DNA from: Octopus sinensis
Taxonomy: Eukaryota
Length of the DNA stretch: 64,000 bases
NCBI RefSeq assembly: GCF_006345805.1
Contig: NC_043002.1
Coordinates: forward strand, 74,958,001 to 75,022,000
Direction of reading: 5' to 3'
In this document: one piece after another, positions 25,021-38,589 of the stretch
Position numbering within the stretch: the first letter of the stretch is position 1
How the letters are laid out: every line of letters starts with the position of its first letter
Position numbers and translations under genes: made by a program
The notes under the pieces: model-generated
Databases searched by the model: none
Seen by the model: the letters and a program-made list of their open reading frames with translations, nothing else
Told to the model about the DNA's origin: nothing

Positions 25021-26199
25021 ACACATACGAATGGAACGAGCAATGTAAAATAAAAATTATTATTTTTGTGGTCAAAGGAAAGTGTAAAGAATTACAAAAT
25101 ACCAGACTTTACTGTCTATTTCAGTACCATTTTTCTCTGAACCAGGTGCTGCTATTGCTTACTTTACTTTCATATCTTTATTAAATCAGTTATCATCAAT
25201 CTAATGTAATAAATGCAAATGTCAGTGTGGCTGTGTGTCACACTTTTTCAACTTTATTCCTAGATGCTGTAGCTCAACATATCATACCATTTTGGAATCA
25301 GGTTGACTTTGTGAATAAATTAAAAACATTCCAGGCCAAATCTGGACCCACAATCCTGAAATTTTAGATTCCCAAGTTTTCATTACTACAATTGTTCTCA
25401 GCGATAATTTTTTTATTTTTTTTTTTATTACATGATTTTTTTTGCAACAAATTTCTTTGTTTGATAACAATTTTTACTAGCTTGACTTGTGTAAACTTCA
25501 CGGAAAACATAAAAAACATAAGCATCTGTAAATAGTGACTCCATTTAATAAGTATTGAATAATTATATGCATGACTACAGATATATACCTCACCAACTTT
25601 GTTGCCTCATAAATCCCATAAGTAATTGCTTAGATCCTGTTGATTGAGTGTATGTTTTGTTGGAACAATTTTTCTGAGGGGCTAGAGAGAGGAGTTTCGG
25701 AAAATTTGCACAACCTGACATTTTCTGCCTCATAACTTTCAGAAAAAATTGGTATTTTTTAATGAATTTTTTACAAATCATTTCAAACAGCATAGAATAA
25801 CTGTCACAATGGTTTTATCATATATCATCCAAAACGAAAAGTTTTCCAGCATTTTCTCTCTGAGAATAGCTTCTCTTTTACTATCATTCTCTTTCTCTCT
25901 GCTCCCTTCCTCCTCTCTGACTTGTTGCCTCTAATATTTCTTCTGCGTTTAACACAGTATATTTCTCTTGCCTCTCAGTGCTATCAATGTCCTCTCTCTC
26001 TCTCTCTCTCTCTCTCTTCCCTCCCTATTCTTTGCCGATTTGCCTCCTACTTCAACTATACTTGCTCTGTTTAACAAGATTTTTTTCTCTCTTTTTACCT
26101 CTTCCTTTCAACTAAGTGTAAAGGTAAATACATACTGTAAAAGATGAGGCAAACTGTATGAAAAATATAATCCTTTTAATGACTTGTCTTAGACATTTA

Positions 26200-26578
26200 G
26201 GCAGAGGTGTAATGGTGGGATTAAGAAGCTTGTTTTGCAACCATGTAGTTTGAGGTCCAGTCCCACTGCACAGCACCTTCAGTAAGTGTCTTCTACTATG
26301 GTCCTAGGCCAACCAATATCTTGTGAATGAATGTGGTAAATGGAAACTGTGTGGTAGCCCATTATATATGTGTGTATTTGTGTTTGTTCACTCATTGCTT
26401 GACAACCAGTGTTGGTTTGTTTACGTCCCTGAAACTTAGCAGTATGGCAAAACAGACCAATAAAATAAGTACTAGACTCTGAAAATAAGTACAGGAGTCT
26501 ATTTGTTTGACTAAACCCTTCAAGGTAGTGCTCCAGCATGGTCACAATCCAATGACTAAAACAAGTAGTAGATAAAAG
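26200..26578 (+). mobile_element. Family A SINE
   Basis: Complete order of head, core and tail, ending CCAATGACTAAAACAAGTAG. Confidence 0.85.
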
Positions 26579-27261
26579 TATCAGTGATATGCAAGGATGA
26601 ACTTATAACTTTCTTCTTGCACCTTTGACAAAAGAATGTGAGGCAAGAGGGTGAATTGGTTGAAGTCTTAGTCAATGCTCTGTGTGTGTGTGTGTGTTGG
26701 TATAGGTTTAATATTGGTGGTTAATCAATAGAGTTTCATCTGGCTAGCCTTGTACTGTTTCTTCAGACATAGCTTTCTTGAATGTTGTGGATTAGCTTGT
26801 GTAATACTGTTAGCAATTATTAATGGTATTTAAAAGAAACATTGTTGAAAGCTGTGGAGAAAAGGTGAGATAGAAATGAGATGAGATTTGTTTATAGACA
26901 GGCTACAATTGAAATGTTCTAGACAGATTGGGAAGTATTAGCGTGTGTGTGTGGCAGGGGAGAGAGAGAGATTGTACCTTCTTTTGTTTTGACTGCTTGA
27001 TATTTGGATCAAAAATATTAGCCGGTTCTGTCAATGAGGTTAACACCATAACTTGTAGTTGGGAAGGGTTATAGCTGCCTTCCATAAATGACCTTATTCA
27101 TTAAAATACTTCTTTTGGTGGTATATGCTTCATAGATGGAAATGTTATTGAAGAAAAGGCTGATAAGAAAGGACCTTGTACATTTCATTTAGATCTAAGA
27201 GCAATTTGATTCATTACAAATTCCATGTACACATTACATGCATAGGCAATCTGGCTTAAAG

Positions 27262-27440
27262 ACTGAGCTGGCAGAATCATTAAAACACTGGGAAGGAAAT
27301 GCTTTGCAGTAATTGTTCTGTCTATTTACAATCTGAGTTCAAATCCTGCCCTCATCATTTCAGGATCAGTAAAATAAAATACTAATCAGATACTGTGATT
27401 GATGGTATTAACTAACCTAATCTTCTCAAAATTTGTTGCT
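27262..27440 (+). mobile_element. Family B SINE
   Basis: GAGCTGGCAGAATCATTAA, CTGAGTTCAAATCC. Confidence 0.7.
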
Positions 27441-27469
27441 GATTTAGGCACAAGGCCTATGATTATAAA

Positions 27470-27695
27470 TAAGGTACTTTGATGAGCTAACTAGGGAGCC
27501 TCTGCTTAGTTGTTTGACTATTTAGAAATAGCAGCCAGGCCTCCTTTGAACAATGCACCATGGTGAAAAAAAGAGAAAGAAACATGAGTTAATGGTTGTT
27601 CTGTATATCCCTTAAAGTTGTGAGTAGTTAGAGCTTGAATACCTTTAATCATTGGTCTGGTTAGTCAGAGTTGACATGGGCTAAACAGCAACCAG
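27470..27695 (+). mobile_element. Interspersed repeat, family C (probable SINE or SINE tail)
   Basis: TAGAAATAGCAGCC..GAATACCTTTAATCATTGGTCTG..GTTGACATGGGCTAAACAGCAAC. Homologues at about 30255-30452, 43010-43095 and antisense at 31705-31900 and 43500-43720. Confidence 0.6.
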
Positions 27696-28510
27696 CAGGA
27701 CCTTGTAAGCCACTGTGATCTTTGAATAAAAGAGGCTTTGAAGCCAATGAGGAGACCTGTATGGTTGCTTGCGAGAGAAATAACAACCTGATCCCCACAC
27801 ACACACCCTATTATCTTGTAAAGGAAGGACTCATTGGATAATGTAGTACCCGGTTCTCTGTCTGTGAGGGAAAAAAAGAAGATTGGATACATTAGTTTGA
27901 GCATTTTTTGTCATAAGGCGGCTTGATCATGGCTGACTAAAATCTAAACAAGATGTAGCAGCTTTATATTTGAATTTTTTCTAGTCTAAACATATAATGA
28001 AGCAGTTTGACAACACAGGCATGTGAAAACAAAAGCTACTCAATTCTTAAAGCATTAAGTATTAATAGCTTTGCCATACAGTCCAGTTAATGCTGAGTAA
28101 ACAGGTGACAAGTTCAATTAGGGTTTTATTGATAGATTAATGTACTTAACATTATCCTTGAGCTGAGCTGGTTATCAAGGTTTGATGACTTTGGTTTTTA
28201 GTCTTTTTACTCTTGATATTTTCACTTACTAATCACAGTATTTATTATTTTTAATTATAACCAGTTGATAAAGTTCATGCCTTTATCAACTGTTGTGTTG
28301 TGTACTTAGTACGGGAACTTGAATGGACAAGTTGGTTAAAATGAATGACTTAGTACTTAGTTATTATGTTCAAGGTGTGGAGTGTGGCTGGAGAAAAGAG
28401 TAGTATATAATAACTTGATTTTAGTTTGTGGTTGTTGTTGGTGGTTTGTTTGTTAGATAAGGGGTTAATTGCTTCTTTTTTTTCTTCTTTGTTTTGTTGC
28501 CTTGCCACAG

Positions 28511-28550
28511 GAAAGCAAGGATTATAAAAGCTTTAGCAAAGCAGTGTTAG
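28511..28550 (+). other. Candidate 40-nt exon
   Basis: Long pyrimidine tract ending TTGCCTTGCCACAG, then 40 nt, then AG|GTAAGT. One frame is open (ESKDYKSFSKAVL). Confidence 0.4.
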
Positions 28551-30254
28551 GTAAGTCAATCTAGAGAACACGTTTGCTGAAAGATTTTCAAGTATTTACA
28601 TTAGGTTGTGGATATTACTGCATAGAAGACATTTATTACATTTGTGTATTTGTGGTAATCCTGTTGACAAGAGAGCAGGGTTTATCTTGAATCCTCTGTG
28701 GTATTGTCATCAAAACATTACTGAGAGCTTTGCTTGATACTGTAGTTACCAGTATATGTGATCAGATGGCATTGCAAAAGAACTTCCCAGTAGTCCTGGA
28801 CACACAAAACTTTTAAATATATTTATACAAGATATCTTATATTTACTTGTAATGTTATATCTACTTGATAGTGTAGATTACCTACAATAAAGTTCTAATA
28901 TCAGAGTTGATATGAATTCACCCACCCGCTCCTTTCTTCCACTGATTTGTGTTCATAGTTAAATCTGAAATCTTTTTGTATGAATAAGTCTATTAGGAAG
29001 CAATGACTGCTTGTGTGAATGTTCTTGTGAAACTTTCCTCTGTATGCTGTGTATGTGCATGTGTATCAGTGCATATAATTGAAGAGAAAAGAGCCAAAGG
29101 TTGAACTGATAAAACTAAATTCAGATATAATCTATTATTTATTCTTTTGGTGAAACAGTGTATTGCTTTTAGTTTTTACTTGTGGAATTTTGGAATTTGC
29201 AAGTCCATGTTTAGGATAGATAATAAGCTGGGTATTTTGGTGCACAGTGGTTGAGGGCTATTGCAATCATGCAATAAAATTCATTTCCTATCTGTTTTTC
29301 ATATTAATTACACAGTGAATAGTTGGTGGCAAATATCAAATCAGAAACATTAATTGATTGAAAGAAGGGATTTGAGAATGAAAATACTTGGAACAAATTT
29401 CCTAAAAATTCAAACATGCATCAGCAGAAAAATGTTAGGAAAAAAGCAAAAATAAAACAAACCCCACAGCTTTTAAGAAGATAGCTTCAGTTTTTCTTTC
29501 ACACTATGAATGTTGTGATAAAACTGTTTCTAAAAACCATCCTATTCTATCAGCCTTATAATAAAGTCTCTAAGCTTTATCTTGTTTCTGAGGCTGCTGT
29601 ATCAAAGAAAAAAGAAATTATTTTGTTATTCTCTCTCTTCAGCTTTCTTTATCTGTTTAATCCTGTTCTCATGTATTAATTCTTGTTTAGCAGCTCAGTA
29701 CTTCATTTGAAAATCTTAATCATATAATTACAGTCTATCATGAATATATTTAATGCCTTTAAGTTTCCAAGGGATATCTTTTAAATTCAGTTGCTTTTTT
29801 TTATATATATTTACTCTTTAGTTGTGTTTTTTTTTTTAATTTAAAATTTTTTAATTATCTATTTTGTTACGTAATTTTGTAACTATGAGTTTTCTTGGAA
29901 GCAAATTATAAAGTGTAAATTGCTCATAATCATTTCACAATCTAAATGAACATAGATTTTTATCTAATTTACATTTGATTTTTAATTTTTACAGTTTTGT
30001 ATTTATCTGATTGCTGATAGCTTAGATTTTTACCTGTCTTGTTCAGCATGATTAATTTTTTTTATCATAATTTTTATCATTATTTCTGTAATTCTTGATG
30101 TGCTTAGTAAATATATTCTTGCTTGTTAATAAATTGAAACTAATATTGATTTCTTACATATGTAGAAAGGTTTGCAATTAAAGGGGTAATTATAATTAGT
30201 TTGTATAATGTAAATGATATGTCAGTCCTCCTGTGCCAACCACTAATATTCACT

Positions 30255-30452
30255 TACTCTGAACCAATGAAGAGGCCTGAGGAAGCCTAACTGGCTAGAA
30301 ATAGCAGTCAAATCTCTCTCAGATAACATGTAACCATCTTTGAAAAGGAAAGTATGTAATGGATAATGTAGTAGGGGTAGAAAATGGGTATGGTCATAAT
30401 TGAAATGCTTCAATAATAAGTCTGCTCAACTAGACTTGACATGTTGCTTTAA
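30255..30452 (+). mobile_element. Family C repeat
   Basis: CTAGAAATAGCAGTCAAATCTC..GAAATGCTTCAATAATAAGTCTGCTC..GACTTGACATG. Confidence 0.6.
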
Positions 30453-30454
30453 CA

Positions 30455-30775
30455 GGGTAAGGGTAAAGACCACCTTCAGTCATGAGTGACTATGGGATTG
30501 CACCTAGAAAGTTCCCCTCTGGGACACAAGTCTGGGCAAGGTTGTTTATAGAAGACCAGCAGTCGCCCATGCATGCCAGCCTCCACTCTCCATGCCACTG
30601 ATGTTATCCAAGGGAAAGGCAAAGGCTTGGCACCTGTGATGTCACAACTCAATTCTACAGCTAAGTGAACTGGAGCAACATGAAATAAAGTGTCTTTCTC
30701 AAGAGCCTGGTTTAGAAATTGAACTTACTACCTCATGATTGTGAGCCCAATGCACTAACCACTGAGCCATGCTTA
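30455..30775 (-). mobile_element. tRNA-derived SINE, family D
   Basis: The minus strand begins GCATGGCTCAGTGGTTAGTGC (A box) .. AAGTTCAATTTC (B box). Homologue on the plus strand at about 56975. Confidence 0.75.
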
Positions 30776-30983
30776 AACGACAACTATAACTAAACTTATT
30801 CTGTTTTTATGCACCTTTTTATTTTCTAAGATAACAGTGATTTGCATTTAAGAGATTCAATCTTAACTGTTATTTTTCACATTTCCAAGATGGATACAAT
30901 CAGTTTATTAGTGCTAATTGTTGCAGTGACTGTGGGGAGCAGTAGAACTGTAACCCAAAAATAAAAGGGGGGTGGGGGGTTAA

Positions 30984-31213
30984 CCTTATTATTTTTTTTT
31001 TTTTGTTACAGTTCGACTGTATTTCAATTAAATTTTGTTGCAATTAATTTTGAAAATAATGAAGAATTCATTAAAATAACTTTGTTATCATTTTGCTGGT
31101 GTTTGGAGCATAGATTAACATGAAATTTTGATAAAAGGTTTTTAACTTGGAACACTTGGAAATAGTTTGTATTATAGAATCAAAGGTAGTCTCGGTTGGA
31201 TTGGTATTGAGGG
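30984..31213. mobile_element. piggyBac-type MITE, family 1, degenerate
   Basis: TTAA at 30980-30983. Interior resembles 5236-5457; right end GGTATTGAGGG followed by CTAA. Confidence 0.6.
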
Positions 31214-31217
31214 CTAA

Positions 31218-31431
31218 CCCTTTAGCATTCACATTCTTTGTCAAATGTAATGGTAATTTATTCAGATAATCTTGAATTAATCATGGCTTTTCTTGCAGCT
31301 TTGAGATGTTAATGATGTAATTGTTTTAGAATGACATTGTAGGGCAGGTGCAAGATGCTACATCTGGCCAGTTTGAATATAAAACAAGTAGAATATTTGG
31401 ACCTGATTTGGTCGGTTTAAATGCTAAAGTG
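31218..31431. mobile_element. piggyBac-type MITE, family 2, in opposite orientation to 18468-18686
   Basis: Ends CCCTTTAGCATT / AATGCTAAAGTG; flanked by CTAA (31214-31217) and TTAA (31432-31435). Confidence 0.8.
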
Positions 31432-31704
31432 TTAAAGAAAAAAATAAATAAAGAAGATAAAAAGAGTACTGAGCTGAATTTGGTCTCAGAAATAGAAAGT
31501 AGTAGTCTAATTTGAAAAATCTCTCTCCTCTCAGATAAAGAGCCAGTCCTTAAATATCAAATTCTTCTTCATGAACTTCACTGTATAATTTTTGTTACTG
31601 CTAGTTTCACCAAGGATTCTGTTTTTCTGTGTAAAGTATGTAATTCAGTATTTTTTTTATGATTGCTTGCACCAACATTGTGTTCTTGAAATACTTATAT
31701 TTTT

Positions 31705-31900
31705 AGGTTGTTATTTAGCTCCTGGTCAATCCTAATAAAGCAAATATAAGTCCGAAAGTACAACCGTGGCATTCAATCTCTTCTTTTTTCTTCTGAATAT
31801 ATCTTTCTCTGTTTACCATTATAGGATGTCATTTGAAATGTTTGGGTGATATTTCTAGCAGGTCATGTGATTGTGTAGAGTCTCTTTTATTGGCTCATAT
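31705..31900 (-). mobile_element. Family C repeat, antisense
   Basis: TTGTTATTTAGCTCCTGGTCAA..ATATTTCTAGCAGGTC. Confidence 0.5.
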
Positions 31901-33337
31901 TATTTAGGCTATTGTTTGGCACCATCATTTCATTGGAAGCAAGCTTATGGTTAAGTGTTTCATCCATGACTATCTGATCTTATTTTCAGTTCTTATTAAC
32001 CAGTAGAATTTTGTTCATGATGGCAGGGTGTAATTTGAGGGACATTTGGCTAGTTTTTTCTAGCAAATGGAATGGCCACATAGGTATTACCTCATGTTTA
32101 AGTGGGAGAAGTAGTAGTAGAGTGCTGGATTAAATGCTCTCTATAGCACTGAGTTGCATTCCTTTATATCTAACAATAATTTCTTTAGTTTTAATAATGA
32201 TGATTTTTTATATTTAATAATAAAATCCTGTTAATGTTGATTTTTGACTTCCATTCGTATTAGTTTGATAAAAGAAGTGCTGGGTATGTACTGGTTTTGA
32301 CATAAAACTGTGGATTGAATCTATTTTAATTTGGAGATCTGTGTCAGTATATGATAATAATAATTGAAATAGATTTCAAGAAAAAAAGAAATGACAAAAA
32401 CAAACAAAAGTATAGGGAAATTAATTTTACATTGCAAGGAAGAAGAAGGGGAGAATTTAATATTTCAAACTGTAGTCCTTCATCAAAAACAGAGCACAAA
32501 AAAGGACAAGGTTCTAAAATGAAAGCAGCATGTTGGTTCTGTTGTAAAACCATCACCTATTTATTTCTGATTTTGTTCTGGAAATTCTTTTGGTTAAGAG
32601 AACTATACTCTGTTTGCTGTTATAAATTTGTGTCCTTATCCTAATGTGAAGGAATCATTATCTGTGTATTTCTAGCTAATACTGGAGGATTGCTTTTGAT
32701 TTTCTTTGTTAAGAGGAGGAAGATTTAAAGCATTGTTTAAAATCAGAGCTGTTTCACTTCCATGTAAATTCAGTGAAAAGGTATTAAAATAATATCAATG
32801 TTGGAAGCATTGAATACCTTGTTACTATTTCTGTAAATCTGTCTGTCTATTTATTTCTCTCCTTGTTTTTCAATAAATATCTATATAATTAGCATAAGAT
32901 GAACTCCTGTCATGAACTAAGTAAATTGCCACAGATCTATTCACATCTGACAATAGCTTCAAAAGTTATTGTATTATAGTAATTTTTGTTTTTATTATTT
33001 AAAAAAAAATTATTATTTTTTTTAGAAATGTTTTTGCATTGTAATTGATTATACAAAGTTGTGTTTTTATTTTTTCATCATTGTGATTAAATGTTACAAT
33101 ATTTACAGTTCATTTCATATGATTTCTGACAGTTTTAAAAGACAAATATATTGTATTACTAAAAACTACATTTTGTAAAATTTGTTGTTTTTTTCTTGGA
33201 CACCATTTGATAAAAGCCACTTTATTTATTTTTATTTATTTGGTTTTAGTTTTTTGTTTTTAAAATCATAAATTTTTGTCTTCTATACTATTGTTTGCAA
33301 GATTAAAGTAAAATTTGTATAAGATTTAATTTTATTA

Positions 33338-33371
<34 letters not shown>

Positions 33372-35089
33372 CATCATCATTATTATTTAGAGTAAAATGA
33401 ACTTCATTTGGTTATGGTGTAGTAAATATAGCTGTTACAGTATTAGTGTACCAAGTAGCAAGTGATAATTTGTCCTGTGTGTTTTTCATCAATATATTTA
33501 GTCTCTTGTGTATACATAGCAGTTTTGCTGTTAGAGGAAACAATTGTAGGAAATAACTCCTCAGTAGCCAATAGAGAATGGGAATTTTGCCAACTGTATA
33601 AGCTATCGAGTTTTGTTAGAATAATAAAGAACACTGCTGTAATTCCTCTTTATTACTGTTTTGGAACTGGTATCATTAAAGTGTCTCTCAGATTGGGCTT
33701 CATCCAGAATCGGAGAGCTGAAGCACATGTCCAAGTGAAGAGCCATTTACACACACATACTTACACTTGTGTGTATGTGTGTGTGTACCTGTACATATGT
33801 ATATGTGGAGAGAGAGAGAGAGAATTGGGGCAGGTATGGTTCAAAGTATTTTATGAGAGCTCATAAGGTGCTCACTACAGAGGGATTATCTTCTTTGCAA
33901 TATCTCTTCTATCTCTGTCCTTCCTCAAAGCAAGATCTGCATTGTTTTTGTTGTTATTGTTGTTTGCTCTTCTCATTCTCTCTTTCTCTGTCTCTTGTTT
34001 TCTTCTTCTTTTCAAGTCCCCTCTGGGATTGCATTAAGTATCAAGGAGTGTTTATATAGCTTGTCTTTAAAATGACTGAGCTTATTCTTTTGTGTTGGAA
34101 TATATATATGTATATATATTGTCTGAATTTCCTCACATTTTAATGTGTCTCTTGTGGTATTCTTCTCTTTCTCTATGGCAACATGGTCTTTTTCTCTTGG
34201 ACTTTTTATTCACCACCACCACCACCACCACCGCTACCAATAGTAATAACAACAATAGTAATAATAATAATAATAATAATAATAGTCATTTTATTTTGCT
34301 CTTCATGTTTTATTTGTACAATCTATAGCTTGATTTAACTATTCATTTGTTCCTTCCATTTTATTCCTTTTCTTTTTTTTTTTTTTCTTGCACAGTTCTT
34401 TCCATTTTCTTTCAAATATCTATCTCTGTCCTCTATTTTGCTCCCATAGTAACACAAACAGAAAAAGAAAAACTTCTGCTATTTTCTCTAGAAGCTATAT
34501 AACTGAAGGATTCACCCAATCCCCACACATTCTCCTCATATGTTTCCCCTCCCCTTCTCGCTTTCTTCCTCTTTCCATCTCATTTAATTTTAAATTGAGT
34601 CTGTTTTGTTTTTGCTTTAGTTTTTTTTTCTCTTTTTTTTTTGTTTGTTTGTGTTCTTTTTGTTCATGGACATTGTAGTTTTGATTTAAACATGTAAATT
34701 TAACATTTTATTTCTTTTACTCATTTGCTATTTGATACCCTCTCTTACTCATGCATATATACACATACACATCACATGAACATGCACATATACGCATGTA
34801 CACATATCTTTTTGTACATGCATACACAAACAGAATCACACACACACACACATAATGTTAAATAAAGTCAGGGCTTCTCTACTGTGACTCAATAATTCTT
34901 TCATAAAAGACTATTTAACATATTTCTCCTTGGCAGATCAAATGATACATAATTGTTGTGGAATAATTAACATTCTGTATTATATTGTGTACAATTCCTG
35001 CAGCATTGCAAAACATCTGATGATGACAAGAAAACACAAACCACTCACCCAAAAAGACTGTTTGATTGAACAGCCTGCCTGTCTTCTTG

Positions 35090-35109
35090 TGTGTGTGTGT
35101 GTGTGTGTG

Positions 35110-35148
<39 letters not shown>
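35090..35148. repeat. (TG)n microsatellite
   Basis: Read directly. Confidence 0.95.
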
Positions 35149-35149
<1 letters not shown>

Positions 35150-36669
35150 ACAGTAACTGACAGTACACAATTGGTTAGGTGCTTCTTATGAGGATGGCAA
35201 TATTGATTTAGTTTGCATGAAACCCATGTTGAATTCTTGAATATATTTATGAAAATGTTGGGAAAATAGATTTCACACATCTCCCTCTCCCTGCCCCACC
35301 TCACCCCCTCTCCTTCCACTTCACTCTCCTACATCTGTCTTTTTCCTTCCTTTTCATTCAATTATATGTTTGCTTATCTTGTAGACATTGTTATTAGATA
35401 AAGAATGCAATGTAATAAAAACAAAAAAAAAAAAGACAAAATACATATCAGATATATTTTATGTTCTGTTTCTCTGTATTTAGCTGACACTTGGATAATT
35501 GTCAATTTTCTTTAGTTCTCCGAGAAATTTATAGAAAGTATTGAAGCTTGTGTTTAAGCATGTCTGTCTTTATGTGTGCGTGTGTGGATATATGTGTATG
35601 TATGTGTATATGTGAGAGAGAGAGAGAGTATAGAGAAGAGAGGGGGTATATGTGTGTGTGGTATTAGTGTGTATGCACATCTGATATTTGTGTTTGTATT
35701 TTTATTCAGAACTTCTTTTTCTCTGTGGTTTTTCAAGGAGATGCTGGTGAGATGGGAAGGGGTAAGGTAGGGAGAAGTTTTCCTTTGTTTTAAGGGTCAC
35801 AGTTTAATATGTCAGTTATTGATTGGATTTTTGAAGTGTATCTGAAATCCTTAAGCTGGATTACCAATATAGGGCATGTATAAAATCTAAGAAGTTAAAT
35901 TCAGTTGTTTAAAAGCAACCATTTCTTTCTCTTTCCTGTGTTGGGGAGGGTGTCTGTATGTTGGGGAGGGTGTCCCAAATTTCTAATGATTATATTATTT
36001 TCTATTTTCCTTTATTTTGTACATATCATCATCATCATCATTTTACTATTATTATCTGTGTGAATATGTTATTTAGAATTTTTGTTGGTGTTGTACTCAA
36101 TAATAACACTTCTGTATGTAAAGAAAGACAGTTAGACCAGGTGAGGAGAGGAGAGGTAGTTGGCAGTGTTGATTGTTATGAGTTGAATGTGATTACAGAT
36201 CAGGAAGAGGGAGTGGTTGCTATCTAAGGGGCCCTCTTAGTCAAGCTATGTAAGCTGATTATATTTAAGCATACAGGAGTCAGGTGGCAGTGGTGGGAGA
36301 GGAAGGATTAGGACTGATGTTTGGGGTTGGGAATAAATGAGAGAACAACACAAAAAGAAAAGGGGGCATGAAACAAACTGTAAAATTAAGGTTGTCTAAT
36401 TTTGTTATGTCAACTTGTCTGAACATAAGACTCCACAAGTCTTATGGAGCTGTCAGTCATTCGTTTCCAACTTCTGTCACCACCTCCTTAGGTAGTGTTA
36501 GTAAATTTTACTAGAACAGGTTAGGTGTTGTTACACCTTGTGCTCACTTCAAGCTATTTCTCGATCCTTTATTTAATCCTTTGTCATCTCTACCTCCACC
36601 TTTCTTCTCTTCACTGCTGCTCACTCACTTCTCCAATCAATATAGTTTTTTTCTTTCTTTTTCTCTTCA

Positions 36670-37068
36670 TCTTTTATCTTAGACTTGTTTCAGTCATTAG
36701 GCTGTGGCATTGCTGGGCTACTTCTTTGAAGCGTTTTAGTCATACAAATCGACCCATTACTTATTGTCAGAGTCTGGTACTTATTCTATTGGTTTCTTTT
36801 TGCTAAACTGCTAAGTCATGAAGACATGAACAAACCAACACCTGTTGTCAAGTGGAGGTGAATAAACACAAACACACTGTCACACATGAGTGTGCATACA
36901 CACACATGCCACAGACTTCCTTCCACTCTGTTTCTGTCTACCAAATATACTTACAAAGTATGGTCAGCCTAGAGCTATAGCAGACACTTGCTCATATGCT
37001 ATACAGTAGGACTGAACCCATAACCATGTATTTGCAAAGTGAGCTTTTTAACCACACAGCCATGCCTG
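36670..37068 (-). mobile_element. Family A SINE, antisense
   Basis: CTTGTTTCAGTCATT tail reverse complement at about 36684; AACCACACAGCCATGCC head reverse complement at about 37050. Confidence 0.8.
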
Positions 37069-37207
37069 CTCCTATATTGTTGACTCCTTTTTTTCTTTTC
37101 TTTTCAAAAATTTCCTTGATTCATAGTGTCTCATTTACTGTGTATTTAAATTTTCATTGATTTTTTTTTCTTATTCTACCCCCATTTGTTGTTGTTGTTA
37201 TTGTTAT

Positions 37208-37650
37208 AATGGTGGCAAGCTTGCAGAATCATTAACACGCCAGGCAAAATGCTTAATGATATTCCTTCTGTCTTGATGTACTGAGGTCAAATTCCACCAT
37301 AGTCGACTTTGCCTTTCATCCTTTTGGGAGCGATAAATTAAGTACCAGTCAAGTTCTGGGGTTGATGTGATCACCCACCCCCTCCCCTCTAATTCCAAGC
37401 CTTGTGCCTATAGTAGAAAGGATTATTATTATTATTAAGGCGGCAAGCTGGCAGAACTGTCAGCACACTGGGCGAAATGCTTAGCGGTATTTTGTCTGTC
37501 GTTGCATTCTGAGTTCAAGTTCTGTGATGGTTGACTTTGTTTTTCACCCTTTCAAGGTCGATAAATTAAGTACCAGTGAAACATTGAAGTTGATATATTC
37601 GACTGATCCCCTCCCTAGAAAATTGTTGCCCTTATGACAAAATTTGAAAC

Positions 37651-37660
<10 letters not shown>
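37208..37660 (+). mobile_element. Head-to-tail dimer of family B SINEs joined by (ATT)n
   Basis: Copy 1 ends CCTATAGTAGAAAGGATTATTATTATTATT; copy 2 starts AAGGCGGCAAGCTGGCAGAA at about 37437. Confidence 0.9.
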
Positions 37661-37689
<29 letters not shown>

Positions 37690-38589
37690 CAATCTTTAGT
37701 TTTTGGATAGCATAATTCTCCACCATAAAAAAAAGGGTGTCACTGAGTTTTAATTTTCTTTTCTTTTGATGAAGTAAAAAAATTCTCCAGACTTTATAAT
37801 ATTTCCTCATTCTCATTATACCTACTTTAAGACTATATTTATTTGTGTGTGTGTGGGGGGGGGGGGGGCACAGCTAGTTGAGTTGGAAAGCATGTAATTA
37901 AAATGAAAAGAAAAAATATGATGATTTTAGCATCTGGAAATTTAATAGCCTGGAGTGGGTGAGAATTAATGGTGGATAAGAAAGGTGTATATTGTAAATG
38001 GCTTTTTAGTGTAGGTTCTAGCAACATTTAAATCAGATAGAGCACATTTTGAAATGATTATTGATGCTCAAGTGATTTCAAGACCCCCCGCCCCCACCAT
38101 CATTCTTATATTATTATATTGAAGTTTTGAACAGTGAAGAATTCTTTAGTTGTTGGTTTGTTTTATTTATATATATATATATAATATATATATATATGAT
38201 GTGTGTACACATGCACGCACATCTTTTAGCGCTCAGTTGGTTATGACAATTAAGGTTCACTTGATCTGATCAACAGAATATCCTGCTCATGAAATTAACA
38301 TGTACACTGGGGCAGAGTTTTCTATGGTCAGATGCCCTTTCTGGTACCAAACTTCATCTGTTTCCAAGTGAGGCAATGATTTGCCAATTTATCAAAGTAC
38401 AAATAAAACCCAGACATAGTTATACAGAGAACTGGACACAAATTACACTATTTGAATTATTGTTTGCTTACAAAGATCTTTCAACATGCTAAGACTTTGA
38501 TGGAAGAATAACTATTCAATATGGTTGAAGTAGCCTGCAATATTTATATCTGACTGAGTTGCGTCTCTTTATCTTAATCTCCATTTTTT

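Noticed and set aside
33462-33866. 134-aa ORF
   Set aside because: No recognisable domain; it runs into microsatellite sequence and has a composition typical of non-coding DNA.
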